A DNA stretch of 64,000 nt from Alloascoidea hylecoeti. Taxonomy: Eukaryota. The notes below the pieces were generated by a model, which searched no databases, was not told the DNA's origin, and worked only from the letters and a program-made list of their open reading frames with translations. The position numbers were made by a program, and so were the translations under genes. Positions 59,977-64,000 of this stretch are shown here, in pieces; position 1 is the stretch's first letter; each line of letters opens with the position of its first letter. The stretch spans positions 349,970 through 413,969 of the forward strand of contig BCKZ01000017.1 of assembly GCA_001600815.1 (NCBI GenBank), written 5' to 3'.

Positions 59977-62397
59977 TCAGCTTCCTATATTTTGTGGTTC
60001 ATCGATTTCATTAACATCCATTTCAACATCACTTGTGGCACTACCAACATTTAATCCAGTTTTTGATTTATTATCATTATTATCATTTCCATTGTTATTA
60101 TTAATGGTATTATTATTAATATTGTTATTGTTATTATTATTTGGATTTAATAAATCATCATCACCAAAAGTTTGTAAACCAATCAATGAATTCCGTATAG
60201 GTAATTCAATATTATCAATTCCAAAATTTTTAAATAATTTTTCAATTTCTTTAATTGATTTTGAACTAAAATATTTAACATCGAAATCTTTATCTAATTC
60301 TAATCTTTGTAAATTTTGATAAATTGAAGTACGAATAAATTGACTACTTTCTTCTAAAAATGTTTCAGGTGTTGGTAATTTATTATTTGAATATGATAAA
60401 ATTGAATTACCGGTTTGAATAGGTTCAGGTTTTATATTTAATAATGTTAATTGTTTTCCAATTTCAAGTAAAATTCTTGAAATATCAACATAAGATTTTG
60501 CAACATTAAATTTAATATTTGGTACTTGATCATCTAAGACTTTATTAATAAATGGTAAAATTGTATTCTTAATAATATCAAGACGTAATTTTAAATCATC
60601 AACATTATCATTTTGTTTTTCAATTTCTCTATTAATAGGAATTTTATCTTCAACTTGTTTACCATTAGTTTTATTATTAATATGTTTATCATTATTATTA
60701 TTAGTTTTATTATTTATTATGTTTGTTGCAGCAGTTGTTGTTGTTAAAGCGGTTGCTAATTTTCGAACAGCTCTAAGACCAGTAACTCTGTAAATAAAAT
60801 TTGGATTATGACCAGCATTAATAACAGGTTCAATGATTTCTTTTAACCCCCATTTTGCGCCAAATACTTTAACCAATTCAGCTAAATTTTTAATTGCTTC
60901 TTCTCTTATTGTATAAACAGAATCCCATAACCAATTCATACATATCTCAGCTAATTCTTTTTCAAAAAAGTCAGGTCCAAGTTGAGATGCTATAACAGGT
61001 ATATGTCTTATAATGGCCTGTCTTATACGCCATTGCTTGTCCTGTGAAAGTTCTGTAATTGCTGGTAATAATGATTCAGATAAAATATCAATACCAATAA
61101 CATGATTAATCTCAGGTAAGTTTGAAATTATATTTAATCGAACATCTGGAAATTCATCTTTTAACATCTCTAAAAAGATTGGTAACAAATACTGTAAAGT
61201 TAATGGTTTACCAAAAATTGGTGAAAGGTTTGGAATTTCAGTTGCCAATGAAGCTCTAACATGCTCAGATATATCCTTTGATAAATCACTAACATGAGGA
61301 ATTATCATATTCAATACTTCATCTTCATCATTTGCAGTTTCTGCAGTATCAGCTGATGCTGGCGGAATGCCACCGTCAAGGGCGGTTGTATTGACAGGGG
61401 TACTTATACTACCAACTGGGTGAATTAATATAAGAAATTTTGATAACTGCTTTGCAATAGCCGTTCTCACTTCAGCTTCAGGGTCTCTCATTAGTCCAAT
61501 TAAAGCAGGTACTAATTTTTCCTTCATTTCATTATCTTCAGTTTTTAAAACTATTGCTAATTTTGAAAATCTATCAGCAGCCATATATCTAACTCTCCAA
61601 CTTTTATCACCAATTAAAGTTGTAGCAAAAACCATTAATTCAGATATATATTGTTTTGAAGCATTTCTTTTTAAAGATTCTGAAATTGAAATTAAAGCAT
61701 CAACAGCTAATAATCTAACGGAATCTTGTTCATCTGTTGCTTGTGACTCAAACATTTGAAATACCTTATCCTGGGAAGAAATATCTGGTAATGCATCAAC
61801 AATCTCTGGTAAGTGTTTTGCAACGGCTCTTCTGACCATTGGAGCCTCATACTGAGTTAACTCTAGACAAATTGATAGTAAATGTGAAATGACCTGTGAA
61901 GATACTTTTTTAATACATGGCTCGACCAAGGCAGTAGCAGCTACTCTACTTGAAAACCAACCAGCAGAAGCCAATCTTTCGATGACAGGAACGATGATGG
62001 TTTCGATCTTCTCAGCATTCAATTGTGAAGTAATGTTATTAATAGCTCTGATGGAGGCATCTCTTACCATTGGCTCTTCCATTGCTGCTAAAGCTTCTAG
62101 ACACGGAATCAACACGGAAACGTGGTCTGGACCACCAACAGCAGGTAAAAAATCGGCAAGTTGGTCAGCTAAAACACATAAAACTTCATCTTCATCATCC
62201 TCGGCGACGTCTTCCAGGAACGGGACAAGTTCACGTCGTGTTCTGTCGGGTCCTAGGGCGGTCGAAATGGTGGGAAGACGGGACATGGCCGTGACTCTCC
62301 GGGAGACATCTTCATGTTTCAACTCGTCCATTAAAAGAGCCAAAGGATATAAATCCTCATCTTGAGGTTGGTTTTGTGGAGAGTATAACTCAGTCAT
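59977..62397 (-). CDS. TPD3: Protein phosphatase 2A scaffold (A) subunit
   Basis: LYPLALLMDELKHEDV, PMVRRA, DEQDSVRLLAV, DKSWRVRYM, DEFPDVRLN, WRIR HEAT repeats. Start MTELY at 62397. Confidence 0.95.
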   Translation of the reverse strand: MTELYSPQNQPQDEDLYPLALLMDELKHEDVSRRVTAMSRLPTISTALGPDRTRRELVPFLEDVAEDDEDEVLCVLADQLADFLPAVGGPDHVSVLIPCLEALAAMEEPMVRDASIRAINNITSQLNAEKIETIIVPVIERLASAGWFSSRVAATALVEPCIKKVSSQVISHLLSICLELTQYEAPMVRRAVAKHLPEIVDALPDISSQDKVFQMFESQATDEQDSVRLLAVDALISISESLKRNASKQYISELMVFATTLIGDKSWRVRYMAADRFSKLAIVLKTEDNEMKEKLVPALIGLMRDPEAEVRTAIAKQLSKFLILIHPVGSISTPVNTTALDGGIPPASADTAETANDEDEVLNMIIPHVSDLSKDISEHVRASLATEIPNLSPIFGKPLTLQYLLPIFLEMLKDEFPDVRLNIISNLPEINHVIGIDILSESLLPAITELSQDKQWRIRQAIIRHIPVIASQLGPDFFEKELAEICMNWLWDSVYTIREEAIKNLAELVKVFGAKWGLKEIIEPVINAGHNPNFIYRVTGLRAVRKLATALTTTTAATNIINNKTNNNNDKHINNKTNGKQVEDKIPINREIEKQNDNVDDLKLRLDIIKNTILPFINKVLDDQVPNIKFNVAKSYVDISRILLEIGKQLTLLNIKPEPIQTGNSILSYSNNKLPTPETFLEESSQFIRTSIYQNLQRLELDKDFDVKYFSSKSIKEIEKLFKNFGIDNIELPIRNSLIGLQTFGDDDLLNPNNNNNNNINNNTINNNNGNDNNDNKSKTGLNVGSATSDVEMDVNEIDEPQNIGS

Positions 62398-62617
62398 AGT
62401 AAAAAAAGTTGTGATTGTTTTGAAAAAGAGTGAATAATAATTAAGGGATGAAATATCATCTTTTGCTTTGCTGGTGTTTGTGTGTACGGGTGTTCTACAA
62501 ATAACATTAAAAAACATTTCAAAATTCAAACTAATTATAACAAATTTCAAACATATACAAAAAACAAAAAATATATGACAAATAACAAATAACATAAACA
62601 TACACAAATTACTTAGA

Positions 62618-63121
62618 TTATAAATACATAACCCGTAAAGACGGTACATTATTTCTTTTCGACATACCCATCCCCAGATCAAACATTTTAGCATGTTCAG
62701 CAATTTGTCTAATTCCATTAGTCCCAAACTTCCTAAACAAAACAAATGATATTAAAAATGTAATTATTCCCATTCTTTTAGCCATTGTTCCAAATGTTGA
62801 TGCTCCGTGAGTTTTTAAAATACCAACTATTTCAAATATTTTCCTAAAAAATCTAATAACTGGATTTCCTGTTGTTGATGAATTATTTGATTTTCTTTTT
62901 GGACGACCACGTAAAAATTCAGTTTCAAATCCACTTGTTGATCCATTATAATTATCATTTTCAATGTTAAATGGAGGTCGCAGCTTTTCATTAAAACTAC
63001 TATTACTGTTGTTGTTTGCTGAATATTGAGAATTGCTGTTATAATTATTTGATGGTTCATTCCAATTATTGTGATTATTAATACTATTATTACTATTATT
63101 ATTACTGTTAAAATTATTGTG

Positions 63122-63172
<51 letters not shown>

Positions 63173-64000
63173 TGGGAATTGTCCCCAATATTGTCCCTGA
63201 TTCCCCCAATCCCATTGATTTTGATTTTGATTTTGATTTCTAGCTATAAACATATCATTATTTGGGGTTTGTAAAGATTGAAATGGTACTGAATCCCTAG
63301 CTAGATTTGCATAAAAATCATTTGCTGTTCCTGATCCTTGTGATTGACTAGAAGTGATATTCACATTATTATTTTTATAATTAAGATTATTCATATCTTG
63401 AAATTGATCTTGACGATCAGTTGAAAAACCTGCTCTTTGTGATAATGAGCCACCAGAATTTTGAATAGAAAGAGAAGTTTTTCTTGATCCTTGTAATTGG
63501 AATGGTGGCTGAAGAACTTGTTGTGGTGTCTGAATTGATTCAGCTCTATTTCTATTTTTATTTCTTGCACTATAATTAGGTGATTGAAATTGAAATGGAG
63601 TTATACCTGATCCTCTTCTTACAGTTCCACTTGTATTTGTATTTGTATTTGTATATGGATTTGTATTTGTATATGGATTTGATCCTTGATCCAAAGTATC
63701 ATTATTATTGATCATAATACTATTATTGATATTATTACGTTTCAAATTTTGCACTTGTAATTGATTATTTGAATTACGGCTAGTACTTCTATCCCGTGCC
63801 GGTGTTTGTTGTTGTTCTTCTATAGATTCAATTCTTAAAGCATTAACAGCTTTAATAAACCTTTCTTTTTTTGAATTATCAATAAAGGCACTAACTTGAA
63901 CATATTCAATAGCATTATCATATAATTTTAATCTTGGTAATATATGTAAAATATATAATTCCAATAATTTATTATAATTAACCAATGCTTTATCATCAAG
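62618..64000 (-). CDS. Pex26-like tail-anchored peroxin (5' end beyond window)
   Basis: Y.KLLELYILHILPR...A.EYV..S....KKERF resembles the fungal Pex26 core. C-terminal TM (MGIITFLISFVLF) and a GMG...V.YL tail. Confidence 0.55.

Noticed and set aside
62398..62745. N-terminal extension of TPD3 predicted by the ORF track
   Set aside because: It starts at a non-ATG codon, overlaps the Pex26-like gene, and homology begins at MTELY (62397).

Overview
AT-rich eukaryotic DNA from a budding yeast (Saccharomycotina, probably outside Saccharomycetaceae). It has short 61-77 nt spliceosomal introns, a Pex26-like peroxin and an S. pombe Cdc14/SepM-like SIN protein. CTG codons sit at conserved Leu positions, so the code looks standard. 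Intact genes: Dig1/2-like protein, OMA1, a single-pass membrane protein, a SOA1/allantoate-family MFS transporter, IAH1, YPK9, SNF2, a secreted aspartic protease, APM4, a CFEM-like secreted protein, SIN-Cdc14, PRS5, two tRNA-Pro(TGG), an RTK1/HRK1-type kinase, an Edc1/PNRC-motif protein, TPD3 and a partial Pex26-like gene. Accessory DNA: two inverted copies of an orphan-ORF repeat ending in a PPT+TG..CA LTR-like terminus, a Ty1/copia RNase H relic, a Fot1/pogo transposase relic, enoyl-reductase and ARF pseudogenes, and a tandem array of catalytically altered and decaying pepsin-family genes (52-59.7 kb). All family calls are by motif recognition from memory; no database searches were run.
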